From: Lingula anatina
Lineage: Eukaryota > Animalia > Brachiopoda
Direction: 5' to 3'
DNA: 64,000 nt
Assembly: GCA_051362555.1 (NCBI GenBank)
Contig: CM120643.1
Location: 15,164,644-15,228,643, forward strand
Position numbers and translations under genes: made by a program. A model generated the notes under the pieces. That model ran no database searches. It was not told the DNA's origin and saw only the letters and a list, made by a program, of their open reading frames with translations. Position 1 is the stretch's first letter. Each line of letters begins with the position of its first letter. Below, one piece after another: positions 1-13,620 of this stretch.

Positions 1-211
1 AAACAAATTTGAATATACAATAAATCTTATAGTCTGTTATATATTGCATCAGATGTGCAAATTGCTCGACATTTACTTGCATAGCATCCTCAATTCATCT
101 TTGACTTTTCAGCAGATGATTGAAATTAATAATAGCACCTTAACCTTTGAAGGGATGAATAACGCACTTTTCATTAATTTCACTTCATTCTACAGAGGCA
201 TTAACACTTAC

Positions 212-3200
212 ATTTGGCACTTCCAAATAAACTGGTCAAAAAAGTTACTGAGTGCTGGAATCAACTTCAGTTCTGCTAATTTTCTTTGTACCTGAAAGAC
301 GTTTAATAAACCATTTATTAAATGGAGCATTAATGACACTATTAAACATCATTTTAATACAAACAAAATTAAAAGTTACAAAAAAGAAAGAAACTCATTG
401 AAAGAATTACTGACTACAGGAAAAGACAATTCAATACTTATCTATCACCTCTGGAATTAAGAACTTAAAAAAAAAAAAAATGACTTATTAATGAGTACTT
501 AAACTGCACCACTGATTTTTCTGTTTTCCAATGAGGAAGAAACCTAAGTCACAGCCTTTACTTTTCCCTGTATTTCTCCAACAAGAAGAAGACCAACTTG
601 AAGGACCAAGTCTTACCTTCTTCCTGTGTTTTCCGACTAGAAACAGACCTAGGACGTAGACCACCTCTACTCTGTTGATCAGGTCGTAGCAAATCCTCAC
701 GCCTGGTTGCTGCATCATTGGACCATGTGCTGTCGCTGCCTCAGAGATTCCTAACAATAGGTGGAGCCACAGTCAGTGCATTTATAAATATCTTAATATA
801 AAAAAATTTAAAATGTGGGGACTGAGCTAACTTCATCCACACTAATGTTACACTAATGCAACTTGAGGACAAAGAACTGTCCTGTTAAAAGAACTTAAAG
901 CTGGTTTTAAACTTTAAGAAGAAATTTTTATTTTATTCAGTGCAAGATAAATAAAACTATTGGATTTTACTATTGGATAAAACTATTGGATTTTACAATA
1001 AATCAATACAGATGGTAAAAAAACATCAAATTGAAATTTGTCCTACAAGTTCAATATCTTACTTAATTGGACTTCTTCTGATTGCATCAGAAGTAGACTT
1101 TAATTTAACTTCTTGTCTATATTTCTTTGGTGAAACTGACCCAGACTTATCTTAGACATACACTTTTTTTAGTCAAACATGAGCTAAATAAAACATGGGG
1201 GACTCTCTGTCACATTACACAGGCTCAATCTCTATTGAACTATACCAATGACTTTCTGTTACAGGGACCCCCAGTTTCCTCACACCTGCAGTAAGCCGAA
1301 GATGGCCCCACACAAAGGAACTGCACGACCCTCCACATACCTCCTATGAACTCCGCAAAGTCATCCACCTCTGGTTGGTCTATGGAGTCGGCTAGCGTGT
1401 TGTCTATCCATTCCATCCAACAGTCCAACTCACTGTGTTTATTTCTGTAGCGAGGGGAGTCTGGAAACCAGGAGAAAAAAGGTTATAGACAGCAAATATG
1501 TATTATACAAATACAATGTTCATAACAACCTACAAATAGCACAAACAAAAATAATACTTATCATTATAAAATTATGAAATTTTAACAATTTTCTCTTTAT
1601 CACCAAAGTATACCCTACTCAAACTGTTGAAAAATTTACAATCTAATATTACTTACACTACTTAGAATACAAAATATCAGCCTCACACAAAAACTAGTCT
1701 CAATTAGCAGAAGGAAGTAAACAATACTAAATTGGTTCTGGCAAATTTATCATTTAATTAAAATCAAATAATTTCAAATTTTGAGTTCAGTTTAAATAAT
1801 CTAGATATTTTGCATAAAAAATCACATTCTGCAATGACCACAGATAATGAAGAATTACATCGCCAGCAAGTTTGAACTAAATAACAAAGTAATAATATTT
1901 TACAGTTGTCAAGAATCAGAAGTGTTTCTGAATTCTATATCAAAGAAGGGCTGCATTTGTCTGTTACTACTCAGCATCAAACTATGACCCATTTTATAAA
2001 TAACTTTAACTGCAAAATTGATATTTTAACTATTTGACCGAAAATTTTCAGTCCACTTGCCCTAAAATAAATCAGTCGTAGCCTAAATAAATGAAATATC
2101 GTGCCCATTTAATAACAATTACAGACATTGGTAATTTTACAAGAAAATTAATAATAAAAGTGGATTATTGTGGATTTATCTTGGACACAAGTAGAGTAAT
2201 TTAAGTTTTGAAAAATTCTCAACTAAATTTGTTTAGCGTTGTCTACTTACATGAGTGGTAGAGGTTGGCAACAATATTGACTAGCCTGGGAAGAAGGTCC
2301 TGCAATCCAAGTAATAAGTCTGGAAAATAAACCAATTATCAATATAATTACATGTATCTTAATAGAAAGGTCCCAGTTCTATGGCAGCAAATGCACTGTT
2401 GACGGAAGTTCACAGAAGAATCAAAATCCATATAGCCGAAGATTGATTTATAGCCAAGTCAAAAATTAAAATCAAATAAATAGATAAACACTGAAGTAGT
2501 CACATGACCCATTAGTTTTTAAACCCTGGAGTTCCAACGGGCCAGTAGGCTAAAAACTTTCTGACAGAGACCATTTTCCATTTTTTTTTCTTCAGACAGG
2601 TGGAATTTTCCTCGAATCCAGTGTCTGTTTTTTCGAAATGAGTCTGTGTTGGCATACCTTGGTTTACGTCCCTTATGTTGATGAAGCCTGTGGTCCTTTT
2701 CTGTTTGTTCTGAGCAAACACTGAAACAAACAAATAAAAGAAACAGTAGAGAAAAATTCCAACCACTGCTCAGAATTGACTCATTTTTCATTGCATTTCA
2801 CACCACAGAGGTGTTATCCAGGTGTTGGTAAACTGGTTTAAATAACCTGTAATAGTACCCTGCTTAATAAAAACTTACAAAACCGACGCCCACATAACCT
2901 TTGTGATTAGAGTTACAAAGGAAAAATATGGAATGCCGCAGTAAAACTAACTGTACACTATATACTACCTATATTATTTATATACATAACACATGACTAT
3001 GGTTACAATGACAGTTTTTATTCAAACAACAGCTAGTCTCTGCATTATACTTAAACACGTCAAGGCATATTCATCAGGAAATGAACTGTAAGTGATTAAA
3101 GTTTTTAATAAGAATTGGACCAAAAAAAAAACAAAAAAACTTCAAACTATCATATGTGGAGACTGTCATCTCTACATGCTTACTTACAGGATGATTTGTT

Positions 3201-3521
3201 TTCATAGACGTCCAAGTCAGAGATGGTTACAGCCAGGATGCGGCAGAAGTTGGCCAATTTTGCGTCATCAAAGCAGGCTATAAGGCTTCGGAGGTTCGCT
3301 AAAAAAAAAAGATCAACATATTTCTCATTTTTGTATTCACTCAAAAATAAATTAATAACAAACAAACATATATGAAAAATCAATTCAAAAGAATTCAAAA
3401 ATATATACAAAAAAATTGAAAAAAAGAAAGAGCTTTCTTGACATCCTGATCTTAATCAGAAATATTATCCACACATAGATTTATGGTTGTGTTTTATTAT
3501 AGTTTTAAAAGCTGTAAACCA

Positions 3522-3566
<45 letters not shown>

Positions 3567-6339
3567 TTATCCTTTAGGGAAAAAAATATCTGACTGAAAT
3601 CTATATAAAAATTACCACTCACGAATTTTGGTCAGGTTCAGGGTGGTCTTCCGCGCCTGGAGCAGGTCCTCGAGCAGCCCACAGGCTGTGATGGCGGTGA
3701 CGTCATGAGCCAGGAGGGTAAATAAGTACACCAAAAGGTCCTCGTTTTCTGACAGCTCGTCTGATATCTGTTCACCGATTTCCTGGCAGGTAAAATTATA
3801 TATAGCTATATAAACACAGATATATGTGCACTCCCACACATACTCACTCACTCAAAGACACATACTGTATATATCAAAATTGTGATAATAAGAGTTAATT
3901 GATTAGAAAACAAATTATAGATAATGTAAACATTTAAATAAAACCTGTATCAGAGTAAAAGTACAAAATTTTCTTCTATCCAAATGACCTATTCTTCACT
4001 TAAGCAATATTAATTCAGAGGAAAAATTGATCCAGCACTGAAGTCAGAGAAGTGCAGTGACTTGCAACTTCTTCCGTATAAGACGACTTAAAACAAAGGA
4101 TATATAAACTTCAGCAAAACGTGCACCCCATGTAAGATGACTTAAAACATAAAGGATATATAAACTTCAGCAAAACGTACACCCCATATATTTCATGTTT
4201 TTACTTTAACTGGAATGTTCCCGAGTGGCTATGGCTACAACAGGAAAGCTCAAGATGGATACTTACTGTAGATACAATTTTTGTGAGTGCTTCCATGCAT
4301 ACACTTTTTACCCTCAAATCTTTTTGGCAATCTGTGAAAAAATACAGTCAATAAAATTTAAAAGATTTAATACATATATCATAAGAAAATCTATGCAAAG
4401 AAGTGATGTGTAAATTTTAGTTATCAGTATTTAAACTATGTAGAAGGGTGTAAATTGTAGTGCATCTTCTTATTTATTTAAACCCTGGAATGGACACAGT
4501 TGGGAAGTCAGCCAGGATCCAGAACTATGTTACATCTTTACTTAATGCATAACAAATGATTAAAATATAATATAAATAAGCATGTATAACCATACCCAGC
4601 TCTTTGGAATGCTTAAACCTTTATATAAATATCAGTAACATATAATCTTAATGCTGATAAATGGACAAATATGAAATATTTTGCTAAAAAATTTCTGAAA
4701 ATATCATTTCAAAGCTCCTGTATTATAAAAGAGCCCAATGACTTCCTTCTTTTGCCCCTTCAACTGACCCTTATTTGACCCTTGCCTGACCATAACTGAC
4801 CTTTTCTACTCCAAGCTGTCAGTTGTAAACACGAAGAATACATTAAAATCCTTACTAATATCTGAAATCAAAAGAAAATATGTATACAGTATATTGCATG
4901 ATTTTTATTTACTAGGCCTGAGGATCATAAATATCTTAACCTTAAAGATCTCATTCATTAGATGTTGACATTCAATTATAGTGACACAAAATGAATTTTA
5001 ACTTCAAATTACCAAACCTAAAATGAATGTTACCCCAAAACATCACATATCACTAATCAAAAATGATTTGTTTTCTCTGTTATATGCATGCTTTGAACTT
5101 ATTTCTTTCTTATCAAAACTGATCTCAGATTTCTTACCCGGATTCCATCATATTCTTTAAATATTTTTGCATATCTGTTCTGTTCTTCCTCTGCAGTTGC
5201 TTCTTCATGACTCCTCCTTGTTTCAAAATTACTGAGATTGCTTAAAAGGTTCTGGAAAATCAGACATTATATTGCTGACCTGTAATTATTATCATAATCA
5301 TTTTTATGGGCATTATGGAATAAAGTTTGTGGAGAACTTGTCACTTTGTTATTTTTACTATATTTCTCATACTATCCACGCACTTAAAATCATATCCAAA
5401 TGACGACTGGATAATTTGCTGGGAAAAGACTTTTGTCACATCTGTTAAAAAGTGCAATGCACTTCAAGACTTCACAACATGCTGCTGGTCCTGTGATTGC
5501 AAAATGTTTCAAATCAAAACAATGAAGAATCCAACAATATACAAATTATACCTTTAAAAGTTCAAATAATGTATCTTCCTCGTCATCTTCCAGAACAGAA
5601 TGTTTTACGAAGGGGGAGTGACAACACGTGCCTACAGACACACTGTATCTGTCCAGATCTGCTACCAATGTGGGAATGCCTTGCAGATCCTCTCTCTCAT
5701 CCAACTCATCAAGAATGTCAGAAGGCACCTGGAAAAAGAATTGATGGACTTAATTTTACACATCATCATTTTTATCACAATTACTACTTGAAAGGCCACT
5801 ATTTGAATCCACCAAATATTTATTGTTTAATGTTTTTAGACTACAAAATATCCCAACTGGTTTTTTTGGTGGTAAAAGCTTTTATTCCAAATAAATTAAT
5901 ATGAAAAGTTCTCCTGTTTATGCTTTATGGGTTTAAGTGCAATATAAACGTCAACCCCTCTCAAGATGCTAGCCATTACAAGGAAGTCATTGTAAATGCA
6001 AGTCAACATACGTCGCATGTCAAAGTAAAATACCTCAAAATAGGTGGCAAGTTTTCACGATTTCGAGGAAGGAAAAACTGGATATTAAAACCCGTGAGAA
6101 ATGAATGATGTATCTGTTATCTTAAGACAAAGAAATACGATAAAGCTTTCTCAATCTGTGAAAACGACGGCGTGTGAGATGCCCATTAACTGAACCACTT
6201 CCCTCAACTCTCGAGAAATTCGGGCAACCCTCCGTACCTGAGAGAGACTATTATAAGTGACTCCTACAGTTTCTCGCAACAATAACTTTCTAGTAACGTC
6301 TTCAGGTTGGCGGCGTTTCAGCAGGCTACACGTAGCCAT
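212..6339 (-). CDS. TRPC4AP: TRPC4AP/TRUSS (short transient receptor potential channel 4-associated protein); multi-exon, continues past the left edge
   Basis: Phase-consistent GT-AG exons: 6238-6339, 5552-5728, 5138-5251, 4801-4861, 4267-4331, 3623-3782, 3188-3298, 2658-2720, 2251-2319, 1341-1460, 617-750, 212-291. Peptides NLRSLIACFDDAKLANFCRILAVTISDLD, VEVVYVLGLFLVGKHRKK and AELKLIPALSNFFDQFIWK match my recollection of vertebrate TRPC4AP (LANFCRILAVTISEMD; AEFKLIPGLNNLFDKLIW). Confidence 0.9.
4080..4187. repeat. Tandem duplication of ~54 bp in a TRPC4AP intron
   Basis: Two near-identical adjacent copies of taagacgacttaaaacaaaggatatataaacttcagcaaaacgtgcacccca. Confidence 0.8.
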
Positions 6340-6620
6340 GATGCTGGGCCTTTACAGTGGTCTTATGGAGATTTTTCGGCGACTGAAACAAAAGCGAATT
6401 GGATACGGCGGCAAATGTAGTCAACTGCGCAGCAGAGCGGGGCACTTCCCAGATGGCCGCTTAAAGCAATGAAATTTGATATGATTTTCCTTTAATAAAT
6501 AAACTTCAGCCATTCAATGAAGTTTACAGAATACAACCAAAAAGAAGAATTTGAGAATTTACATAGATTTATTAGTGAGTTACCAGCTCTTGTGAACGTT
6601 TGGGTTTATAGCGACGTAAG
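6340..6620. promoter_or_regulatory. Probable bidirectional promoter between TRPC4AP and the divergent + strand gene
   Basis: CpG-containing stretch just upstream of the TRPC4AP ATG, with TGCGCA and ACTTCC motifs (~6426-6450). On the + strand there is a candidate non-coding exon ending at donor AG|GTGGGT (~6770) and an acceptor (tctag|) at ~7591 before the 565-aa ORF. Confidence 0.5.
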
Positions 6621-7780
6621 GGGCACCCTGTCAACTCACCTTTTGTTGACAGTTGTTAGTCGATTGCAGTTGATCACATCTTACTCGCTCAGGCAAGGGT
6701 CAATTGATTCCCGATTTACCTGAAACTATTGGTGTCTAACGATATCGGCAATCGAAGGGTTCACAAATAGGTGGGTGTTTCTGTCATTGTTTAGAAATGT
6801 TTTGGTGTTCAAATGCTACCCGATAAAGTGCAAACGACAGGCAAAGCTCAGTCATTTTTTTTCTCTGACATTAATTTAAGATGCTCGTAATCTTTTAAGA
6901 ATGATGGCAATCCGCCATTGTAAATTTGACCTAAATTCTTTATACAGCATATAGATATTTTAAATCCGCACGTCTTCGGTCAGAACGAACACTATTTTGA
7001 CTTGTATGCAAGGAAAAACTTCATGAACATTTCGTCTAAGTTATTACAATGCATGTACTCAGTACCAACAGTTACGTGATTTGGTGTTCAGTAGTAACTG
7101 GTTAAGTGCAAATCAATGTGAAAAATTTGAAGGTAAATTAACGTACTGTACAAAGTCCCAATGCGAAAGAAAATGTTTAGCAAGATTTTTACATAACTTC
7201 ACAATGCATCACCCAAATGCTTTGCCAGAGAAAATTGATTTTATGGTAAAAATGTTGCCTCCTAGACTCTGGTAGTCCTATTTGTTAAAAAAAAAAAATC
7301 AAGTACAGTGTGTTTTCAGTTGGATAAAAAAATATTTTTTAAGTGAAAGAACTTGACTGATTCAGTGCTTTTTGTTGATTTTAATGACTTGATTTAATTG
7401 AATAACTGTTCAAACCAAAGTCTTTCCATTTGATCAAAGTGCATGGTTATTCAAAAACAACTTCTGCAGGTTTGAATTTAGAAATAAATAATTGAATATC
7501 CATTTTTATAATTAATTTGAGAATTTTTGTTTTTGCATTTTATTTCTATTATCTGACAAGTGCTTTATTTATTTTTGTATTTAACTTCTAGACACTGAAA
7601 AAACAACACAACAGCATGAAAAAGAAATTTATTCACATTTGACTTGGACACCTGCCAACATGAAAGGCTGAGCTACCTTTGAGGAAATTAATTTAATTTG
7701 AGGGATTTATTGGCAGCAGGAAGAACAGATCAATGATGTGCTTTAGAGTTAAGATGGACTATATAGACTGGTACTGAGAT

Positions 7781-9478
7781 ATGGGAGAAGAAGAGGGGAT
7801 AGAGGTGCGCTTTACTCTACCAGTAAATTTTGACCCTGAAAAGGAGCGTGAGATTACCAAAAGTCTGTTGAAATGTAGTGAAAATGTGGAGCAACAACTG
7901 TTGCACCCACCTGTCCCTATACTGTACAATAGCTGGGTGGATGTTCTAGGTGGATGGGTTATCGACCCATCAAAAACTGTTGAACGGGTGCCAAAGAAAA
8001 GGAAAATGAAGAAACCAATTCCAGTGAATGAGAACAAGACTGACATTCAAGGAGATTACGGAAACAGTAATTGTAATAATTTCAGCAATAGTGGGAATTT
8101 AACCTCGCGCTCAGATGAAGATGTGTGGCCTGGGTATGTCCCAGACTGGAAAGCCGGAGTCGAGGCTCACACTTATCGTTATGTTCCTAATAATGGGAAG
8201 TACAGAGCGAGGAAGTTTGCAAAGTCATATGGTGGCCCACCGACTAAAATACAGAGACACGTGTACGACAGGCCAGTTGTTCTTTCCATGGAACAGAAAG
8301 TCTTGCAAAAAGAAATACAACGGGATCTGCGCAGGGAGTTTGAGCAGTATGAGATGCAAAAAATCAAAACGACTGTTGAGCAGAAGGAGAGCAGCACAAA
8401 CAATGTTGATAGTGGAAGGACTAAAAAGGGGCTCAGTCCTGTTACCAAGGATTTGAAATTTCAAAGACCAGGCAGTCCTCGATCCAAATCTGCCTCGGAT
8501 AGTGATACGCCTGCCATATACTTGCCAATGATGGGGAAAACTGTGAGTGAGAACTTCATCGACAAATTTACCACAAAAATATCCATATTTGAGGAAGAAG
8601 TTCGCTCTGATCTGAAAAAGTTCAACAAAAAATCTGGAAATCCAGATGGTGATAAGATAGACAACACAGGGTTCCGACTCGGCAGATTAAAAAGTGATAA
8701 GTCAAAATACAGTGGCAAAACTCCACAAAAAACTGAGCAGCTGGCTCAGGAGACTTTCTCTGTACGTCAAATTTATAACTCTGACAAATCGTTCAAACGA
8801 AGTAAGGACTTGCAGCAAGAAGCAAACATTGGTGCAGTGGCCGGTGCTAACAATGCAAGACATCAGTTGCACAACAGATTTATGGGGGACATGATCACGG
8901 TACCGCTGTCAAATATCTCATCTCCAGAGACCCCACAGGGGGCTGGCTATGAGGAAATCTCTCCCTGGTACGAGAAAGAAAGAATGTGGATGAGGGATTT
9001 TGATAATGGTAGGCCCAATAGTAACCATATTCCAGATACCAAACTTCTTGAAGGATCTCTGACCGCTACACGATATTGTGTTGGCGGTGGACCCCGGGGA
9101 GACACAGGAGGTAGCAGCAATAACAGTAGTGCTGACAGCAAGAGAAAGACTACTAATGCACCAGGGTACAGCAGCACGAAAAGTGTGACGAACAGTTCAG
9201 AAAAACGCAATACAAAACACAATCGATCGAAACAAAAACAGCCAACAAAGTCAGTAATTAAAGAAGAAGCAAAGGGCGTTATCCTGGACACAGATGATTC
9301 GAGCACGAAATTTATTCTGAATGGTTTCCATGCTGCTCCTCTTGGGATTTTAAAAGATAGAGAAATGACTTTAAGTGACAAGCCAGACACGTTAAATAAC
9401 CCATTTAAAGGTAATATTCTACCTCAGATCTCTGGGAAAAGAATTGAAGTTCCTGTTGGTTCAAACAAAGTCATGTAA
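7781..9478 (+). CDS. Uncharacterised 565-aa protein, single coding exon, largely low-complexity
   Basis: 1698-nt ATG-to-TAA ORF, far longer than expected by chance in AT-rich DNA. Plausible upstream UTR intron. No domain recognised. Confidence 0.8.
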   Translation: MGEEEGIEVRFTLPVNFDPEKEREITKSLLKCSENVEQQLLHPPVPILYNSWVDVLGGWVIDPSKTVERVPKKRKMKKPIPVNENKTDIQGDYGNSNCNNFSNSGNLTSRSDEDVWPGYVPDWKAGVEAHTYRYVPNNGKYRARKFAKSYGGPPTKIQRHVYDRPVVLSMEQKVLQKEIQRDLRREFEQYEMQKIKTTVEQKESSTNNVDSGRTKKGLSPVTKDLKFQRPGSPRSKSASDSDTPAIYLPMMGKTVSENFIDKFTTKISIFEEEVRSDLKKFNKKSGNPDGDKIDNTGFRLGRLKSDKSKYSGKTPQKTEQLAQETFSVRQIYNSDKSFKRSKDLQQEANIGAVAGANNARHQLHNRFMGDMITVPLSNISSPETPQGAGYEEISPWYEKERMWMRDFDNGRPNSNHIPDTKLLEGSLTATRYCVGGGPRGDTGGSSNNSSADSKRKTTNAPGYSSTKSVTNSSEKRNTKHNRSKQKQPTKSVIKEEAKGVILDTDDSSTKFILNGFHAAPLGILKDREMTLSDKPDTLNNPFKGNILPQISGKRIEVPVGSNKVM

Positions 9479-11961
9479 CTGCCAGGCCGTTTGTAAATTT
9501 CACTATAGAATACTAGTATGTTGTACTCTGCATAGCTGACTATGGTAAAAACAAGCCTTTAGGTCTCTTTACATAGTAGCTCAGTTTTTATCAAAGACTG
9601 ATTCATTTTGGCCTTGTTATTTTCATACATGAATTATACTGACTTTCTCATTATTAAGCAACCCAAATGATATATATTTAGACAATATTTTAGTTGTAAA
9701 ATTGTCTCATTGAAATAAATTGCATTAGAGTATGCAATTTGGCTAAGTTAAAATACTAGTAGATACTACTTGGCTACCTAGTGGCAGTAATATATTATTA
9801 CACAAATTTAACTTGCAAGATAATGCTTGTTAGATTCAGTTAACAGTTGATGAGGAATTCTTGTTTTTCTATATTGTTATTGTTATTGTTGTAAATGCTT
9901 AATCTTTGTTAAAACTGTTAGATAAGGTCAGAGAATTGACAATCATAAGTTCAATGTGACAGCCACGAAAAGTGAAAATATGCCAAGTTAAATGAGCAAT
10001 ATGGTTGTGTGATTTCCCTCTCCCTCGTTATGTTGACTCGGGGTGCTTTTGGTTCTTTTGAACTGAACATTGGGCACTGTATTACTGTTAAATGATACCA
10101 CCGATGTTGTTTTTTCTCAAGTCAAGAGTCAACCCATAATGACATATAATCCCACCTGTAACTATAATTATTGTCCCTAAAAATATGTCACACTGAATGT
10201 TCATTAAACAACTGAATGTCTGCATTATTGAAAAGTATTGCTTTTAAGGACTGCAGTTATTTAACTGTAACAAGAGATGGCAATAAAGCAGCTGAAATGT
10301 GAAGAAATCTGATATGTTTGAATATTTCAATTGTAATGGTGCAAGACAATGCTGAATAATCAGTGAATTTGATTTAATAGTTGACAAAGTTGTGAAGAAG
10401 AAAGATAACATGGGTGAACAATAATGTGATAAAATTCTATTCTTGCTTTTATCACAGAATGATTGAGACTTTTTTTGACTTTTGAATAATAAAAAATTGT
10501 CTCCTTGTCAGATAAATCTGATACATTTCTGTTGTACACAGTAGTTGACAAAATGTGAATTGTAGACTGCAGAATGGCCTGTTTTTGGATCTAAGATGTC
10601 AAAATTAACAAACATTCAGTATAAAACTCTCAAGAATTGCTTGCCAAACAATTCACAATTTTTTGTCGCTAGATTGAAAGGACTTTGTCAGAGCTCACAA
10701 CAAGAGACCTTGTCTCGCAGGCAAGATGCAACATGGTTACCTTAAAATTACACCAGTCCGTTGTGAAGATTAGGAAGATTGTTTAATGTAGATAGCATGT
10801 TTCTGTGTCAGCATTAAATCTGACAGTGCAAATATGCAGTAGGGCCGCAATACGTTTGCTGAGTTGAAGTTCAAATCTTTTGGATAAACAGGCTTTATAT
10901 GACTTTAGGATGTCAGAAGAAAAATTAAAGATGCTTGAATTGAAATGTTTGTCTTTGCAGTATTGAAAAGTTGACATATAGGTCTCTATTCACTTCAGTG
11001 TACAATTTATAAAAAAAAAAGTGAACTGTTTTTACACTGAACATTTATTTTTCCCAGAAAGAAGTTTACTCTCAGTATTTAGAAATGACTTTCTTTTTTT
11101 TTTCTTTCGTCAAGTCACAAGAGTCAATGAAAAACCAATGAATTCATTCCTTGTCCCATCCACAGAGCACAACCAGTTTGAATTGAAGTCAGTGTTTTTC
11201 TTTGTAATATTTTTAATGTGACATTGCAACTTAAAGCCAAGGATTTGCGTCTTGTTCCTTCCAAAGGAAGGGACTAGTTCATCAGCTTTTGTAAATTTGT
11301 ATAGAAACACATCCACATGAACCATGTTGACTGTTCAAACACATCTACCCTGCAGACTATAGGGGCATGCTGTTTGCAATAAAGGCTCAATTTTGACAAT
11401 TCACACGCAGTGATTGAGGTGATTGGAGTGGAAAGAAAGCCTGGTATCGCGTTCCTTTGCTTTCTGAACGCCCGCCCGGCTAACAACAAACATTGATCAT
11501 TGCTTGCCTCATTTACATACAAATGGCCTCTTTTACAGGTTAACTTTAACAACTGACCTGAATGTTTACAGAAAATACTGCCGCATTGTTTCTTTGTATT
11601 TTTCGCCTTATTTAAAGGTTTTCAAACATTTTTTTATTAATATGGTCAATATGTAAACAAATATTTTTATGAGAGTAAATAACCAAATCATCTGAGTACA
11701 CAAAGAAAGACCTTGTATGCTTTGAGTGCATGCACCCAAGGGTTTTTCTTAAGGTTTTTACACCTTATCTTTTGATAACTGATACAATAAAGACCAAATA
11801 TCATGAAACTGAATGAACTAAGCAAGTGGACCATTTCTGACTTTTATATATGAAGGTAGCCTTTGTGTAAAACATGAGAATAACTTTATACTGTACAGAA
11901 TATGTGGGAGTTGGCCATGCAGTGATAAAGTTTTTTTTTTTAATTGAATTGATTGAAAATA

Positions 11962-13620
11962 CAGGGTTGCTACTTAATATGGAATATTTTTTAACATTGT
12001 TACTTTTGAGTGCTGATTAAATTTTTTTGGCTTGAGTCATTAAAAAAGTATGTCACTGAGTGATAATAACATCCAGTCTTCTGTTGTGAGATATTTTGGT
12101 CAATAATATCAAATCTGACATAAGATGCCATTCAAAAGAAAGGAACACCCCCAGAAAACCATATCAACAGTTTGATGTCAGTATTAACTTTAAGCTAAGA
12201 TATTAAAGAAAATTATATCCTCCGGAGAGTAATATGTTACACAGTCAAAGAACTCACTACAGTAAATCATGAAGTGTCAGTAATTGTGGGTATTACCTCC
12301 AGCAGCCGCTGGCAGCGCCCTCATCCGACATGGCATACCCTGCGACACGATTTTTAGAGTTTGGATGGGGATATCATTCCACGCAGTGATATTTGCCTGT
12401 CGCAGTTCATCAATATTTACCGGCCGATTACCATAGCTATTAATTCTGTGAGTTACTTTTGCCCAAAGTTTTTCAATTGGGTTCATATCTGGAGAGTTTG
12501 CAGGCCAGGGCAGTTGCTGAACCCATTGGTTTTGAAGAAAAACAGTGATTCTGCGGCCTCGATGTGGGGTTGCGCAGTCATCTTGGTACACAAAGTTGTT
12601 CCTGAAGATGACTCTTACCAATCGAAGCATTGTTTGCTGTAGAATGTCTCTGTAGGAATCTTGGATGAGGTTGCCTCCTAGAAAAAACAACTGGTTCTGG
12701 GCACCAACATGAAATGCTCCCCAAACAGAGACGTTACCATCCCCTGCTTGCACCCTAGGCAGTACACAATCATCGTTTTATGCCCCTCGTACACGTCGGT
12801 GGACACGGATTCGACCATCAACGCTAAAAAATCCATATCTGGCCTCATCACTGAAAACGACGTGATTCCAGTGTTTTGGCTGCAAACGCCTGTTGTCCCC
12901 AGCCCATTGCAGACGTCGCTGTATGTGACCTGCTGTTAACAGTGGTTTCCATACTGGCCTTCGTACAAAATGACCAGCTTGCGGTAATCTCTTGTTCACG
13001 AGGGACCTTGAAACGGGTGTTTGAATGACATTTTGCCTCTCTTTTCTGAGGACACTGGTTGTCTTTGTACGACCAGCACGGTGTCCTCTCAGGAGAAGGC
13101 GATCCTGTCTTCTTGGTGTGATACGCGGACACCCTGGTCGAGGTATTGGAGTAGGTGCCCCTGTTGCAGCAGTTCTTTGGAGGACTTTACAAATGGTTCC
13201 TGATAAATGTTGAATTACCTGGCAATGGCTGTCTGTTTCTGGCCATTTTCTCTGAGAGCAAGAATCCCATAATAAGCTGCGTTGCTTAGGTGTCGAACCA
13301 TATCTTCACTAAGGTACCTGTCAAGTTTCAGAGCGATCCCTCTGTTGCTTCTCTAAACACACTCCAAAGATTGACCAAACCCATGTGTTTTTACACAAGG
13401 GCAGAAATTGCCAAAAAGACCACCCCTCACATTTCTGACCACAAAACATGCAACTGCATGCATCAATTGTTTCGAGAGTTGTGTGGTAATTAGGTAACAC
13501 ACCTGGCTACACATGGAGTGACACCTCAGCTTTGGATTTTAAGTAGTTAGAGAGAAATGATATATTTTGTAAAAAATTTACTCGCCAAAAAATAATATTC
13601 CATATTAAGTGGTAACCCTG
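11962..13620 (-). mobile_element. Tc1-family DNA transposon (DD34E), full length but decayed
   Basis: Terminal inverted repeats (TIRs) CAGGGTTGCTACTTAATATGGAATATT (11962) and CAGGGTTACCACTTAATATGGAATATT (reverse complement, ending 13620), each flanked by TA. Confidence 0.93.
12277..13301 (-). pseudogene. Tc1 transposase pseudogene
   Basis: Fragments in different frames carry VVFSDEAR, VSVWGAF, YQDDCATPH and WPANSPDMNPIEKLW, with 34 residues between the second D and the E. In-frame stop after MVRHLSNAAYYGILALRENGQKQTAIAR, plus frameshifts. Confidence 0.9.

Noticed and set aside
8115-9390. Several overlapping or antisense ORFs within the 565-aa gene
   Set aside because: Shadow ORFs of a real coding region.
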